Below are positions 21,985 to 31,120 of a DNA stretch of 64,000 bases, one piece after another. A program made the position numbers and the translations under genes. The DNA lies in the NCBI GenBank assembly GCA_965263355.1, contig CBDHHL010000032.1, positions 768,001-832,000 of the forward strand, in the 5' to 3' direction. The first letter of the stretch is position 1. The number at the start of each line of letters is the position of its first letter. Source of the DNA: Leptolyngbyaceae cyanobacterium (GTDB lineage: Bacteria > Cyanobacteriota > Cyanobacteriia > Phormidesmidales > Phormidesmidaceae). Under the pieces are notes generated by a model that did no database searches, had not been told where the DNA came from, and worked only from the letters and a program-made list of their open reading frames with translations.

Positions 21985-22260
21985 ATGAATTCACCCTATG
22001 TAACTATTCGTATCCCTAGTCGTTTAGATATGGCAATTTCACCCTTTTTTCAAAGGGATTTGAAACAAAAGATTCGTCCAGGTATTACTATTATCATAGA
22101 TATGGATAAAACCAAGTTTATTGATCCTGCTACTACATCTATTTTTTGGGACGGCATTATTGAATCTCATAAACAAGGTGCAAAGATTATTGCCAGAGGA
22201 ATGAGTGAGCAAGTAAAATTAGTTTTGGGAAGATCTGGCTTACTTTCACATTTGCAGTAG
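21985..22260 (+). CDS. STAS-domain / anti-sigma factor antagonist-like protein
   Basis: RLD...IIIDMDKTKFID...EQVKLVL...GL pattern, 91 aa. Confidence 0.75.
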   Translation: MNSPYVTIRIPSRLDMAISPFFQRDLKQKIRPGITIIIDMDKTKFIDPATTSIFWDGIIESHKQGAKIIARGMSEQVKLVLGRSGLLSHLQ

Positions 22261-22410
22261 ACTTGTCTTTCTGAATGATTAAATTGCCAGGAAATGTTAG
22301 GTATAAGATCTTAGTTACCCTAACCTTATTATCAGCATTAGAAGATCCTGGTTTTAGATTATGGTTTGCTACTATAGGCTGATGTTAACTAAGTGATACC
22401 TGTTGGCATC

Positions 22411-23826
22411 ATGGCTGTGTCTTCTAGAATTTGGCGACAAGGGGTTGTAGCTCTTTTTATTTGCTGTGGTAGTTGGTTGGCTATAACTTCTGCAAAGGCA
22501 GACACAGCAGGTGTTGTGGACCTCACACGAAATGGTACTCAGCCTATTCTGCAATTGCCTGAAGCAACGGCGACCGCCCGAGAAACCTATATTCAAGCAC
22601 AGCGATCGCAAGTCCAGCCCCAACACTACAACCTGAGTCGCTATCCCTTTACCCAAGACAACCAGATCCACTGGCAAAATCTACTCTGGTCCACCGGTCT
22701 CCTGGAACCTCGGGCAGCCTATGTCGATGAGGCTATTGCCTATCTAATTAGCCAGGCTAATCGACCGCAGCTTTCCCCCGACCAGCGCCACACGGTGGAA
22801 ATGGCGCTACAAGTGGGCACCCAACTTTACTCTAGTGAACCCGCTCTCCAGCCAGAAATTAAACGTGCCTTTTTAACAACTTTGGACCAGGGGCAATATA
22901 CCAAATGGGTGGCCATGGCACTGTCCGCCCTGGCCCAGGCTGAACCGTCCCCTTTGTCTAGACAGACGCTCAGCGATCGCATTCGCCAGCGCTTTCCCAA
23001 ATGGCATCAGGACCTGTATCTAAAAACAACGCTTCACGATATTGCCGCGTTGGATCGCCCGACCACAATGCCGCCTCTGGATGAGCTGCTAGATTGGTCC
23101 ATTGCCCCTGATCAGTTACACCTTTATGTCCTTTGCTCGACCGACCGGGGTGAGCTTTGCCAGACTGTGTTAAGAGACCGCCAGGGTAACTTTGTGCGCG
23201 AGGACGATGGGCAACTGTGGTCAGTGCCGTTGGGGTTGAGATCGCTCCACACCGGTCTATCCTGGAGCTTTACCCGAGGCGAAACGCCCCAGGGTATTTA
23301 CCGCATTGAAGGCACCATTCCCCAACCGGATACCGATTACTTTCGTCCCTATGGTCAATTTGCCCTGGTTCAGTTATTTGTTCCCTACGAGCCAGGGGTA
23401 AAGACTTTCTTGCCGGGGCGAACTCAGGCCAAAACAGCTCAAACACCGTGGACTGGTGGTCTGGCTGCTTATCAATCTTTGCTGCCACCTACCTGGCGTA
23501 ATTATTTGCCTATGCAGCAAACCTATTGGGCTGGTAAAGCAGGCCGTAATTATTTTCGCATCCACGGTACAGGGGAAGCCCCAGAGTTTTTTGCCAATAG
23601 TCATCGTTACCCCGCTAGCGCAGGCTGGAACCCCACCATTGGCTGTCTCTCTGCCATCGAAATTTACGATCACCAGGGTCGACTCCAACGGGCCGATATG
23701 CCCAAAATTTTGTCGGCGCTCACTGCCATTGGTGGAGAAGATTTTTCTGGCTATCTGGTTGTTGTCGAAGTTCCAGAGGCTGACCTACTAAATGTGGAAG
23801 AATATCTTCTTACTCATCAGGACTAA
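22411..23826 (+). CDS. Secreted protein with C-terminal L,D-transpeptidase (YkuD)-like motif; alternative start 22393
   Basis: Signal peptide (AKA); GETPQGIYRI and RIHGTG...TIGCL. Confidence 0.6.
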   Translation: MAVSSRIWRQGVVALFICCGSWLAITSAKADTAGVVDLTRNGTQPILQLPEATATARETYIQAQRSQVQPQHYNLSRYPFTQDNQIHWQNLLWSTGLLEPRAAYVDEAIAYLISQANRPQLSPDQRHTVEMALQVGTQLYSSEPALQPEIKRAFLTTLDQGQYTKWVAMALSALAQAEPSPLSRQTLSDRIRQRFPKWHQDLYLKTTLHDIAALDRPTTMPPLDELLDWSIAPDQLHLYVLCSTDRGELCQTVLRDRQGNFVREDDGQLWSVPLGLRSLHTGLSWSFTRGETPQGIYRIEGTIPQPDTDYFRPYGQFALVQLFVPYEPGVKTFLPGRTQAKTAQTPWTGGLAAYQSLLPPTWRNYLPMQQTYWAGKAGRNYFRIHGTGEAPEFFANSHRYPASAGWNPTIGCLSAIEIYDHQGRLQRADMPKILSALTAIGGEDFSGYLVVVEVPEADLLNVEEYLLTHQD

Positions 23827-23948
23827 ATTTGGGCAAAGGTTTCCATTCCCTATCCACTGCTCTATAAATTGAGTTTTGAGATTTCTTGAAAAGAAAACCC
23901 TCCAATGCGGGAAGCCTCTAGACTCTAGATTCCAGCTCAATACACATC

Positions 23949-26372
23949 ATGTTTCGACACTTGCTATCGCTTGTCGTTATTCCTTTAATTGCTATGCCCG
24001 TCTCTGCCCAGACTACTCAGTCCACATCCACATGGCAAAATCCACCAGAACCGATCGCGTCAATGTTAGATGTAGACCCGCTACCGGCGGTGTCGATTTC
24101 CCCTGATAATCAATGGTTAGTAGAGTTAGAACGGCGGGCGCTATTGCCCATTGCAGAACTGTCAGAACCTTGGGTTGCGATCGCAGGTATCAAACTTAAC
24201 CCCAATACCTGGGGACCGGCCCAGGAAGGCTCCTACAAAGGACTAATGCTTCGTTCTTTAGGCACTTTAGACAGTACCCCCGTCCATCTGCCACCAGATG
24301 CGCGAGTCCGCAACCTGAGTTGGTCCTACGACAGTCGCTATTTGGCATTTACCCTAACCCAGGCGGATGGGATTGAACTATGGGTGTTAGATGTGGCCAA
24401 GGCCAAGGCCAGACCGATTAGTGGTCCAATTCTTAATGGCGTGTATAGTAGCCCCTGCCGTTGGTTACCGGGGGATGAAGGTCTAATTTGTAAAGTACGC
24501 CCCCAGGGCATGGGAGCACCACCGGCTAAGCCCACGGTACCTGCTGGACCCGTGATTGAAAGTAGCCAGGGACGGGTGGCTGCGACCCGCACCTACACCA
24601 ACTTACTACAAACCCCCCATGACGAAGACCTGCTCGACTATTATTTCTCAGCCCAGGTGGCCCACATTAACTTAGAGGGCGAGATTACTCTGCTGGATCA
24701 GCCGGGGCTGATTCGCAATGTAAGCGTTTCTCCTGACGGTCAGTGGTTATTGCGGTCTACAGTCCATCGCCCTTTTTCCTATCAAGTGCCCCTATCCCGC
24801 TTCCCCATCCGCTACGAAGTGCTTAATCGCCAGGGTGAGGTGGTGCATGAATTGGTGGATTTACCCCTAGCTGACGATATTCCCATCGCCTTTGATTCAG
24901 TGCGTCAGGGTAAGCGCGGTATTGGCTGGCGTGCGGATCATCCTGCCACCCTTTATTGGGTGGAAGCCCTAGACGGTGGAGATGCCAGTGCCCCAGCCGA
25001 CTATCGTGATGCTCTTTATATGTTGTCAGCTCCCTTTGATGGTGCACCGACAGAGCTATGGCGGTCTACACTGCGCTATCGCAATGTTACCTGGAGCAAC
25101 GACAGTTTTGCTATTGTCACAGAAGCCTGGTATGACAATCGTCAGTTAAAAGCTTGGAAAATTAACCCTACCGATCCTACTGCTAAGCAGACGTTGCTCG
25201 ATGAAAGAGACTTTCAAGATGCCTATGCCAATCCAGGTAGTCCAGTAACAATGCCTGGTCCCTACGGTCGTTCAGTCCTGATGCTAAGTGAAGACGGTAA
25301 GAGTATCTATCTTAATGGGGGAGGTGCTTCACCGGCAGGCGTTTTTCCCTTTTTAGATCGTTTGGACTTGGCCAGCCTAGAAACCGAACGCTTGTGGCAA
25401 GCAGATGGAGAAATCTTTAGTCGAGCCACCCGGCTACTCGATAACAATGCTCAAACTATTATCGTTCGAAGAGAATCCCAGACGAGCCCTGGTAACTATT
25501 ATCAGCTTAATTTGTCTAATGGAAAAGAGAACCCATTAACAGAATTTTCGGATCCCTTGGCTTGGTATGCCGATGTGCAAAAGGAAATTGTGCGTTATCC
25601 CCGTGCTGATGGGGTGACACTGACGGCTACCCTGTACCTGCCACCGGGATATGATGCTACCACTGATGGTCCCTTACCTACGGTTTTTTGGGTTTATCCA
25701 CGAGAGTTTAAAGATCGCAAAGTCGCCAGTCAAAATACCCGCTCAGAATATACGTTTACTCGACCTGGACGAGGATCAGTTTTATTTTTGTTGACCCAGG
25801 GCTATGCGGTACTCAATGGTCCCACCATGCCAATTGTAGGCGAAGGTGAGGCAGAACCTAACGATACCTATATTGAACAACTGGTTTCTAGTGCTGAGGC
25901 GGCAGTAAATTTTCTCGTAGAACGGGGTGTGAGCGACGGTAAACGTCTTGCCATTGGTGGCCATTCCTACGGTGCATTTACTGCGGCTAATTTGTTAGCC
26001 CATAGTAATCTGTTTCAGGCAGGTATTGCCCGCAGTGGAGCCTATAATCGAACCCTGACCCCCTTTGGTTTTCAAGGAGAACAGCGCAATTTTTGGGAGA
26101 CACCGGAGACCTATTTAACCATGTCTCCCTTTGTCTCTGCTGAGAACATTGACGAGCCACTACTGTTAATTCATGGTGCCGAGGATAATAATTCTGGCAC
26201 CTATCCGATTCAATCAGAGCGACTATACGAAGCAATGAAAGGGTTGGGGGGCACCGTACGCTATGTATCGCTACCAGCGGAAGGTCATGTTTATCGTTCG
26301 CGAGAGGCTGTTGGCCATGTGCTGTGGGAAATGGTGGCCTGGTTAGATGAACATGTCAAAGGCGGGCAATAG
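23949..26372 (+). CDS. S9 family serine peptidase (prolyl oligopeptidase / glutamyl peptidase-like)
   Basis: Signal peptide, beta-propeller repeats, GGHSYG nucleophile, HGAEDNN, EGH. Confidence 0.93.
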   Translation: MFRHLLSLVVIPLIAMPVSAQTTQSTSTWQNPPEPIASMLDVDPLPAVSISPDNQWLVELERRALLPIAELSEPWVAIAGIKLNPNTWGPAQEGSYKGLMLRSLGTLDSTPVHLPPDARVRNLSWSYDSRYLAFTLTQADGIELWVLDVAKAKARPISGPILNGVYSSPCRWLPGDEGLICKVRPQGMGAPPAKPTVPAGPVIESSQGRVAATRTYTNLLQTPHDEDLLDYYFSAQVAHINLEGEITLLDQPGLIRNVSVSPDGQWLLRSTVHRPFSYQVPLSRFPIRYEVLNRQGEVVHELVDLPLADDIPIAFDSVRQGKRGIGWRADHPATLYWVEALDGGDASAPADYRDALYMLSAPFDGAPTELWRSTLRYRNVTWSNDSFAIVTEAWYDNRQLKAWKINPTDPTAKQTLLDERDFQDAYANPGSPVTMPGPYGRSVLMLSEDGKSIYLNGGGASPAGVFPFLDRLDLASLETERLWQADGEIFSRATRLLDNNAQTIIVRRESQTSPGNYYQLNLSNGKENPLTEFSDPLAWYADVQKEIVRYPRADGVTLTATLYLPPGYDATTDGPLPTVFWVYPREFKDRKVASQNTRSEYTFTRPGRGSVLFLLTQGYAVLNGPTMPIVGEGEAEPNDTYIEQLVSSAEAAVNFLVERGVSDGKRLAIGGHSYGAFTAANLLAHSNLFQAGIARSGAYNRTLTPFGFQGEQRNFWETPETYLTMSPFVSAENIDEPLLLIHGAEDNNSGTYPIQSERLYEAMKGLGGTVRYVSLPAEGHVYRSREAVGHVLWEMVAWLDEHVKGGQ

Positions 26373-26410
26373 CAATTATGTGACGTTGTAAAGCTTATGA
26401 GTCTTGCTTA

Positions 26411-26479
26411 AACCACGGCCAAGTGAAAACCTATAAGTGCTTCTATGGAAAAACTACAGTTCTGGACGTGGGCAAGGTT
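26411..26479 (+). mobile_element. 69-bp dispersed element, copy A (TA-flanked MITE-like)
   Basis: TA-AACCACGGCCAAGTGAAA...TCTGGACGTGGGCAAGGTT-TA; same length as copies at 41781, 50310, 54625. Confidence 0.8.
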
Positions 26480-26513
26480 TAAACAGCGACTCGTAGTGGG
26501 CCTAGGTAAGCGT

Positions 26514-27236
26514 CTACTTATCGTAAGTTTTTAGTTCTGTGAGGGTAACGATTGTATACCCCCTTTGCTGGATTTTGGGTAAAAGTCGATCTAGCAGCTG
26601 AACTGTTCTTTCGCCTCTATTTTTTGGGCCATCGTGAAGCACTAATATGTCACCTGGATCAAGATTATTAAGCACAAACCACTCGGCAAATTGTACTGAC
26701 GGTACATGAGTGTCATAGGGGAAAAGAGAACCTAAAACTAACTGATAGTTATGACTTTCAATAAAATTGAGCATACGATGGTTATACCAGCCCATGCCAG
26801 GACGAAACCAAGTAACATGGCCGTAGGTGGTTAGCGCCTGGTCAGCCTGCAGAAATTTTGACTGGAAGTCCTGAGGCGAGAGTCGAATACTAGACTCATC
26901 GATAGTCATATGATTTCCTAGTTCATGACCATTGGCAATCAGGCGTTTTAGCGTTGCTTCATTGCCTGGAAGCTGATCACGCAACATAAAAAATGTTGCG
27001 TTTACTCCATGATGTTCTAATACCTGCAAGATGGCATCGGTAGTCTCAGCTTGGGGGCCATCATCAATGGTCAGGGCAATTACAGGTTCCTCAGTATCAA
27101 CCCTAAATAATGCCCCTGGCCTCAGTTGAGACACCAAACGGAAAAACCACTGGGGCTGCCTCAATACAAAATAAACAAGAAGCAGGAGTCCTATACTGCT
27201 AAGACCCAAGATCATCTTTTTCCAATGTCTCACCAT
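26514..27236 (-). CDS. Polysaccharide (chitin/peptidoglycan) deacetylase, CE4/NodB family
   Basis: LTIDDGP, HELGNH, FRPG, ILVLHDG; N-terminal anchor. Confidence 0.92.
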   Translation of the reverse strand: MVRHWKKMILGLSSIGLLLLVYFVLRQPQWFFRLVSQLRPGALFRVDTEEPVIALTIDDGPQAETTDAILQVLEHHGVNATFFMLRDQLPGNEATLKRLIANGHELGNHMTIDESSIRLSPQDFQSKFLQADQALTTYGHVTWFRPGMGWYNHRMLNFIESHNYQLVLGSLFPYDTHVPSVQFAEWFVLNNLDPGDILVLHDGPKNRGERTVQLLDRLLPKIQQRGYTIVTLTELKTYDK

Positions 27237-27247
27237 AGAGCTGCCAT

Positions 27248-27297
27248 AAAAAAAGGTGCTGCGATTGTTCTGTCATCGACAACCTGTAGCAGCACCT
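27248..27297 (-). terminator. Probable intrinsic terminator downstream of the MoaD-like gene
   Basis: AGGTGCTGC...GCAGCACCT stem followed by a U7 tract on the minus strand. Confidence 0.6.
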
Positions 27298-27383
27298 AGT
27301 ATAAATCTCCAAACGCTCGGTATGCTCGCTTCTTGAGTAGCAGCATTACCAATGTTGTCTTTAAACCCTATTTAAGGGCTATT

Positions 27384-27659
27384 TTAGCCTCCTGCAACAG
27401 CAGGTACAATGCTCACTTCATCACCATCTTTAAGGGCTGTTTCTTTGCCATCCAAGAAACGAATATCTTCACTATTGACATAGAAATTGACAAATCGACG
27501 TAGTTCGCCGTTATCGTCACATAGACGACTTTTAATACCAGGAAACTTACCGTCTAAAGCATCTAATAAGCCAACAATGTTGTCACCACCAATTTCAATT
27601 GTGGCTTCGTTGTTGGTAAACTTTTGCAATGGAGTGGGAATGAGAACTTTAACAGCCAT
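27384..27659 (-). CDS. MoaD/ThiS family ubiquitin-like sulfur carrier protein (CysO/MetO-like)
   Basis: [18 protein letters not shown]-terminal PAVAGG. Confidence 0.93.
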   Translation of the reverse strand: MAVKVLIPTPLQKFTNNEATIEIGGDNIVGLLDALDGKFPGIKSRLCDDNGELRRFVNFYVNSEDIRFLDGKETALKDGDEVSIVPAVAGG

Positions 27660-27725
27660 GAAAACAACTACTCAAAAAGTAAAACAGAAATCAGTCTAGC
27701 AGAGGAGCATAATGGTTCGGATCAA

Positions 27726-27760
27726 AATCGTAGGGGTTGACATGCAACGACCCTACGATT
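27726..27760. repeat. GTAG-type REP-like imperfect palindrome between thrC-like and MoaD-like genes
   Basis: AATCGTAGGG-GTTGACATGCAACGA-CCCTACGATT. Confidence 0.7.
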
Positions 27761-27776
27761 ACCGCAATAATAATCT

Positions 27777-29087
27777 CTAAACTTGAGTTTGCTGCCAATC
27801 CAAACGATTTAAGGTATTTGCCCGCTCCCAGGCACGCTCAAAGCTATCTAGCTTCGGATCGATTAACAGGGGCTCACCGACAGAGCCGCTAACAGCTTCC
27901 TGGGTTTTGAGACCATTACCTGTGATGTAAGCAACAGTGCTCTCATCGGGGTTGATTTTACCTGCTTCGGCCAGCTTTTTGAGAACGGCAATGGTCGTAC
28001 CACCAGCGGTCTCTGTAAAGATACCTTCGGTCTCAGCCAGTAGCTTCATGCCGTCGATAATTTCCTCATCGGTAACAGCTTCAATATTGCCATTAGTCTT
28101 CTTGGCAATATCGAGGGCATAGATGCCGTCGGCGGGATTACCGATGGCAATGGACTTAGCAATGGTATTGGGTTTAACCGGTTTTATAAAATCGCGTCCT
28201 TCTTGATAAGCCTGGTAAATAGGAGAACACCCTTCTGCCTGGGCACCACTAAAGCGAACTGGCTTCTCATCGACTAGGCCTACTTTGACAAACTCGTTGA
28301 AACCTTTATAAATCTTGCTGTAGAGAGAGCCAGATGCTAGTGGAGCAACAATGTGGTCTGGTAATTTCCAACCTAGTTGTTCGGCAACTTCATAGGCCAA
28401 CGTCTTAGACCCTTCGGAGTAGTAAGGACGCAGGTTGATATTCACAAAGCCCCAACCGTAGGTATTAGCGACTTCAGAGCAGAGGCGATTTACCTGGTCA
28501 TAGTTGCCATGGACAGCCATAAGGATGGGGTCATAGATTAGCGTCCCCAGTACTTTGCCAGCCTCTAGGTCGGAGGGAATAAAGACACAGCAGTCGAGAC
28601 CAGCATGGGCGGCAATGGCGGCTGTGGAGTTAGCCAGGTTACCGGTACTGGCACAGGAAACGGTGGTAAATCCAAGCTCACGGGCTCGGGTCAATGCTAC
28701 AGATACTACCCGATCCTTAAAGCTGAGGGTGGGCATGTTGACTGCATCATTCTTGATGTAAAGCTCTTTAAGACCCAGGCGACGGGCAAGGCGATTGGCC
28801 TTTAATAGAGGCGTCATCCCAGTACCGACATCGATTGGGTCGTCGGTGGCAACGGGCAAAAACGCCTTGTAGCGCCAAATAGAGTTAGGACCGGCGGCAA
28901 TGCTCTCACGACTAACCTGACGACGAATAGCATCGTAATCGTAGGCAACTTCCAGGGGACCAAAGCATTCTTCGCACACATGCTTTGCACTCAGCTCATA
29001 GGTAGTGCTGCATTCACGACACTTGAGGTTGCTAAATGTGAATGATTGATACGTGAGAGGCAGGGGACGGTCGATGGCCTGGGTCAT
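27777..29087 (-). CDS. thrC: Threonine synthase-family PLP enzyme (possibly MetM-like O-phosphohomoserine sulfhydrylase)
   Basis: N-terminal CxxC-CxxC, PTLSFKDR (PLP lysine), CASTGN, TGNGLK. Confidence 0.88.
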   Translation of the reverse strand: MTQAIDRPLPLTYQSFTFSNLKCRECSTTYELSAKHVCEECFGPLEVAYDYDAIRRQVSRESIAAGPNSIWRYKAFLPVATDDPIDVGTGMTPLLKANRLARRLGLKELYIKNDAVNMPTLSFKDRVVSVALTRARELGFTTVSCASTGNLANSTAAIAAHAGLDCCVFIPSDLEAGKVLGTLIYDPILMAVHGNYDQVNRLCSEVANTYGWGFVNINLRPYYSEGSKTLAYEVAEQLGWKLPDHIVAPLASGSLYSKIYKGFNEFVKVGLVDEKPVRFSGAQAEGCSPIYQAYQEGRDFIKPVKPNTIAKSIAIGNPADGIYALDIAKKTNGNIEAVTDEEIIDGMKLLAETEGIFTETAGGTTIAVLKKLAEAGKINPDESTVAYITGNGLKTQEAVSGSVGEPLLIDPKLDSFERAWERANTLNRLDWQQTQV

Positions 29088-29152
29088 GAATTTATAGGTG
29101 ATATATGACAGATTAATTTGAACCTATCACGGTGCTGAAAATAGCGTCAAAT

Positions 29153-29177
29153 ATACCCGACTAAAATAGTCGGGTAT
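29153..29177. promoter_or_regulatory. Rrf2/IscR-type operator palindrome upstream of the thrC-like gene
   Basis: ATACCCGACTAAAATAGTCGGGTAT, next to a minus-strand TTGACG -35 candidate (29145-29150). Confidence 0.75.
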
Positions 29178-29280
29178 GCTAATTGTGTTTGAGGTCAAGG
29201 CTTTTGGAGGAAAACTCTGATGTACCCGTAAAAAGTCTATGGGTAAAACTTTATTTTTTAATAGTTGCGATCGCCACACC

Positions 29281-30957
29281 CTAAAATCCCAAATCAGCCC
29301 TAGCCGCTTCAGCCGCCTTAAACACTTGCGCATTGGGCAGCTCATCCCAGGCGGTGGCACCAATTTCAGCATAGAAACTGGCATCGTAGGGCCTGGTCCG
29401 CACCACCACTGGCATGGGTACCGCATGGCCCAGGAGGAGGGCCTGCTGTTTAGAATCGAGCTTGGCTAAGACTGAACGCAGATTTTGACCACCAGAAACC
29501 CCAGTAAAAATGGCATCTATGTCTTTTTCATCGTTGAGCAGAGCCGTAATCCGGGTACCAATTTGCGACATAACTTCGTTATCAATACCAGACGGACGCT
29601 GATCGACCACTAATAACGTGACAAAATACTTCCGCATCTCTCGGGCAATGGTGCCAAAAATAGTTTGTTTAGCGGTGGCCGGGTCAAGAAAGCGGTGGGC
29701 TTCTTCAATGGTGATAACAAGTTGTGTAGGCCGATCACTGGGGTTTTTGGTTTGTAGAAATCGATCGGCTTTACGCACATAGCTGGCGTGAATACGACGG
29801 GCAATGACATTGGTGGCCAACATGTAAGAGAGCATATTGGACTGGGAGCCAAACTCTACAACCACATGTTTATCAGCATCCAACATATCCAAAATTTGTT
29901 TTACATAATTATGAGGACAGGTATTGCGGATATACTTCAACTCAGCCAGACGAGTGAGTTTTCGCTGTAGCGCCATGATGGATGACTTGCTGCCCATTTT
30001 AACTTCGCAAAATTCCTGAATCTCTTCGTTACTCATGGTGAGTAGACGATTGATCCAGGCTTTGCCAAATTCATTGCGCAGAATAATGGCATTTTCTAAG
30101 CTCGCTTCCGATAAATTAAGCTCACGACCAATCAGGGCTAGATCTTCTACATCAATCTGGTCAAAGCTAATGTAAAGTTCCTGGGCGTCGCGTACCCCCC
30201 GTCGTTTTGTTGCCTCTGGATCCAGGGTAAAGATTTGTACCTGACCTGGAAATAGCTGACGTAATCCCTTAACGGTACTAAAGTTTGCCCCTTCGCTAAC
30301 GGCTTCCCAGCCATATTCGGAATGCATATCAAAAATGAGATTGACGGCAGCTCGCTGTTTGATAATGCCGGAGAGCAATAAACGAGTTAGAAAAGACTTA
30401 CCGGTGCCTGATTTACCAAAAATGCCATTGCTACGTTCTACAAAGCGATTTAGATCGATACAGATAGGCACATCCATGTCGATGGGCTGACCAATGGCAA
30501 AATTACGGCGATGGGGATCGTCTTCCCAGCCAAAGACAGAGCGAAAATCTCGTTCGCTAGCGTCGTAAACCTGACTAAAGTGACCGGGAATTGTCTTCAC
30601 CGGTAATAGCTGCATTTGGGTGTCTCCCCCTCTCCCCCTTTCCCCCTCTCCCCCTGAAACATCAGGGGTAAACATCAACATTGGGGCCAAATCTATCGTT
30701 CCATAGGTACCGCCACCAGCAAGGACCTCCTGGAGAAACAGCTCGGTGGGATGGGGGGGATTGGCCAAAATGCGCTGGCTGGCGGTGCCGAGAGCGACGT
30801 CGGTAAGCATGCAAAAGAATCGCGATCGCACTCCCTGCACTATCAAAAACTTACCTACTCGCATATCTTCTACGCTAACGTCAGCATGAAGACGTACTTC
30901 TAGGCCCTGACTGAGGGAGCCTTGAATAACTGAACCCAAAGGCGTTTCGTTGTTCAT
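29281..30957 (-). CDS. HerA/FtsK-family ATPase (DUF87, HAS-barrel N-terminus)
   Basis: GKSGTGKS Walker A, FDMHSEY, IEEAH Walker B, REMRK, DQRPS. Confidence 0.9.
   Translation of the reverse strand: MNNETPLGSVIQGSLSQGLEVRLHADVSVEDMRVGKFLIVQGVRSRFFCMLTDVALGTASQRILANPPHPTELFLQEVLAGGGTYGTIDLAPMLMFTPDVSGGEGERGRGGDTQMQLLPVKTIPGHFSQVYDASERDFRSVFGWEDDPHRRNFAIGQPIDMDVPICIDLNRFVERSNGIFGKSGTGKSFLTRLLLSGIIKQRAAVNLIFDMHSEYGWEAVSEGANFSTVKGLRQLFPGQVQIFTLDPEATKRRGVRDAQELYISFDQIDVEDLALIGRELNLSEASLENAIILRNEFGKAWINRLLTMSNEEIQEFCEVKMGSKSSIMALQRKLTRLAELKYIRNTCPHNYVKQILDMLDADKHVVVEFGSQSNMLSYMLATNVIARRIHASYVRKADRFLQTKNPSDRPTQLVITIEEAHRFLDPATAKQTIFGTIAREMRKYFVTLLVVDQRPSGIDNEVMSQIGTRITALLNDEKDIDAIFTGVSGGQNLRSVLAKLDSKQQALLLGHAVPMPVVVRTRPYDASFYAEIGATAWDELPNAQVFKAAEAARADLGF
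30623..30654. repeat. 4x octamer tandem repeat (TCTCCCCC) inside the HerA coding sequence
   Basis: TCTCCCCC TCTCCCCC TTTCCCCC TCTCCCCC; encodes GGEGERGRGGD. Confidence 0.85.
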
Positions 30958-31120
30958 GTCAGGATTGAAGTTGGGGACCACTGCCCATCCTAGCCCGAGA
31001 ACTGCATTTCAATACATACGTTCTACAAAAAAATCTTTAAAAAGAACGCGCAGCATCGCCTTCCTGGCTAGCTGCGCGTTATAGGGACTCCTGGCTAAGG
31101 CACTTAACAGCGTGTTTTCC

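Noticed and set aside
29281..30957. HerA as an anti-phage system (Sir2-HerA etc.)
   Set aside because: No adjacent nuclease or sirtuin; it sits among housekeeping genes and contains HIP1.
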